This document shows positions 63,112-64,000 of a stretch of 64,000 nt of DNA, one piece after another (position 1 is the stretch's first letter; each line of letters opens with the position of its first letter). Below the pieces are notes generated by a model that was given only the letters and a program-made list of their open reading frames with translations, searched no databases and was not told where the DNA came from. The position numbers and the translations under genes are program-made. The DNA is from Planctomycetaceae bacterium (GTDB taxonomy: Bacteria > Planctomycetota > Planctomycetia > Pirellulales > UBA1268), in contig CANFQO010000008.1 of assembly GCA_947449135.1 (NCBI GenBank), positions 2,129 to 66,128 on the forward strand, read 5' to 3'.

Positions 63112-64000
63112 TCAATGGATTTTCTGCTCGTCCAGGGGTATCCAGCCAGTGCTGCGGTACCAGCCCAACACCGTTGTCGAAAGAGACAACGTGTTCTGTC
63201 CGTTTGACGTCATGAGATGGCAGTATGTCTGCACATCGATGCTGTCACGAATGTACCGCGTATGCCCATCAGCGAAAGCCGCGTTCACACCACCGGAGTG
63301 ATTCGAAGACGGAAAGCGATAGCCGTCGGTCGACACGTTGATCACCTTCGGAGTGTTCGTTGGGGTCGGGGTAACGGTATCCGGAGTGCGTTTGGTAGTG
63401 ACGAAGGGCAGCAAGAAAACGAGCGGAGATGCCTGATTTACTGGGGCCCATCCGGAACTGGAGTTGTAGTTTCGATACCCAGTCGCCCCGGATGCCGCGT
63501 TGATGTTGGAAGTGCCATTCCACTCCGGCTGAACGGGAACGCAGGCTCCGCAGCGCTCGCTCAATAAAAGCGTGGTCGATGTGCCGTCTCCGCTCGAGAT
63601 GTAGGCCAGATTTGTTCTCGTAGGCGAGTATGTGCGAGTCGCCTCAGTGGAGGTGACGGCGTCAAGCAGCACGCCCTCCCCTTTGACTTGGTAGTAGTTG
63701 GACGATGAGCGTGAGCCGCCCTCGCCCTCGCCCTCATCCTCGTCGTCGTCGTCGTCGCCTTCACGGTTGTTTACGGAAGAAGTTGTTCCTGCTGTTATCA
63801 CCATTCTTTCAGTGCCACTCCCGGCGTTGCCCGCGTAGGCAATGGGATCGCGCGGCGTTCCATCGCGAGGGGTCGTTGGGCACTGGAAAATCGAAATCGA
63901 TGGGCTTGCGTCGGAAAGGTTGTACGTTTTGCCGGCCGCAAAAATCGTGGTGCTGTTTGAAGCGGTTCCGGAGGACCAAATCTTGTAGAGGTCGTTCCGT
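63112..64000 (-). CDS. DUF1559 (H-X9-DG) protein, 5' end beyond the window
   Basis: H-X9-DG motif HSGGVNAAFADGH. The frame stays open from the internal Met at 63804 to nt 64000. Acidic run DDDDDEDEGEGEGG. Confidence 0.8.
   Translation of the reverse strand, partial: RNDLYKIWSSGTASNSTTIFAAGKTYNLSDASPSISIFQCPTTPRDGTPRDPIAYAGNAGSGTERMVITAGTTSSVNNREGDDDDDEDEGEGEGGSRSSSNYYQVKGEGVLLDAVTSTEATRTYSPTRTNLAYISSGDGTSTTLLLSERCGACVPVQPEWNGTSNINAASGATGYRNYNSSSGWAPVNQASPLVFLLPFVTTKRTPDTVTPTPTNTPKVINVSTDGYRFPSSNHSGGVNAAFADGHTRYIRDSIDVQTYCHLMTSNGQNTLSLSTTVLGWYRSTGWIPLDEQKIH

Noticed and set aside
1-64000. Mobile elements, prophage, defence systems (RM, TA, Cas, abortive-infection types) and tRNA/rRNA/tmRNA/RNase P genes.
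   Set aside because: I recognised no transposase, integrase, recombinase, phage structural, nuclease-methylase pair or toxin-antitoxin-like gene pair. No cloverleaf-like or conserved ncRNA motifs were seen in the intergenic regions. A covariance-model scan would be needed to exclude small RNAs.

Overview
Visibly GC-rich bacterial chromosomal segment. It looks like Planctomycetota, because it carries DUF1559/H-X9-DG prepilin-like paralogues with a carboxypeptidase-regulatory-like lipoprotein partner, a sulfatase-like gene and oversized pseudopilins. I saw no rRNA, tRNA, CRISPR array, transposase, integrase or phage genes. The left two thirds is mostly housekeeping: yidC (5' end probably cut by the window edge) and mnmE; a UvrD-family helicase; rluD; an FHA-GAF histidine kinase coupled to a GT2 glycosyltransferase; an M28 peptidase; skp-lpxC-lpxA plus a translationally coupled Gfo/Idh/MocA oxidoreductase; a GNAT/M16/M16/ABC-2-like membrane protein string; a Tro/Znu-type metal ABC importer; nfo; and acnA. 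The accessory-looking parts are five. (1) A tight five-gene operon of greatly enlarged type II secretion/type IV pilus-like pseudopilins (G-, H-, I-, K-, J-like; the K-like protein is 1593 aa), with no ATPase, platform or secretin gene in the window; it is convergent with a 1409-aa secreted GH-like/CBM-like protein and a catalytically degenerate sulfatase-like protein. (2) An alpha-oxoamine synthase with an N-terminal carrier-like domain lacking the Ser, converging stop-on-stop with a frameshifted MMPL/RND transporter, next to a SET-domain methyltransferase and a secreted EEP-family hydrolase. (3) A metal ABC permease fused to a DtxR-like metal-sensor domain. (4) A modular intergenic repeat family at five loci, one module of which is a 157-bp unit carrying back-to-back terminator hairpins and found only between convergent genes. 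(5) Small sequence oddities: a 13-bp x5 tandem array with GGA motifs, an orphan terminator with a G9 tract, A8/T8 tracts in the pseudopilin operon, and a sigma54-like promoter. All functional calls come from motif recognition by eye; nothing was searched against databases.
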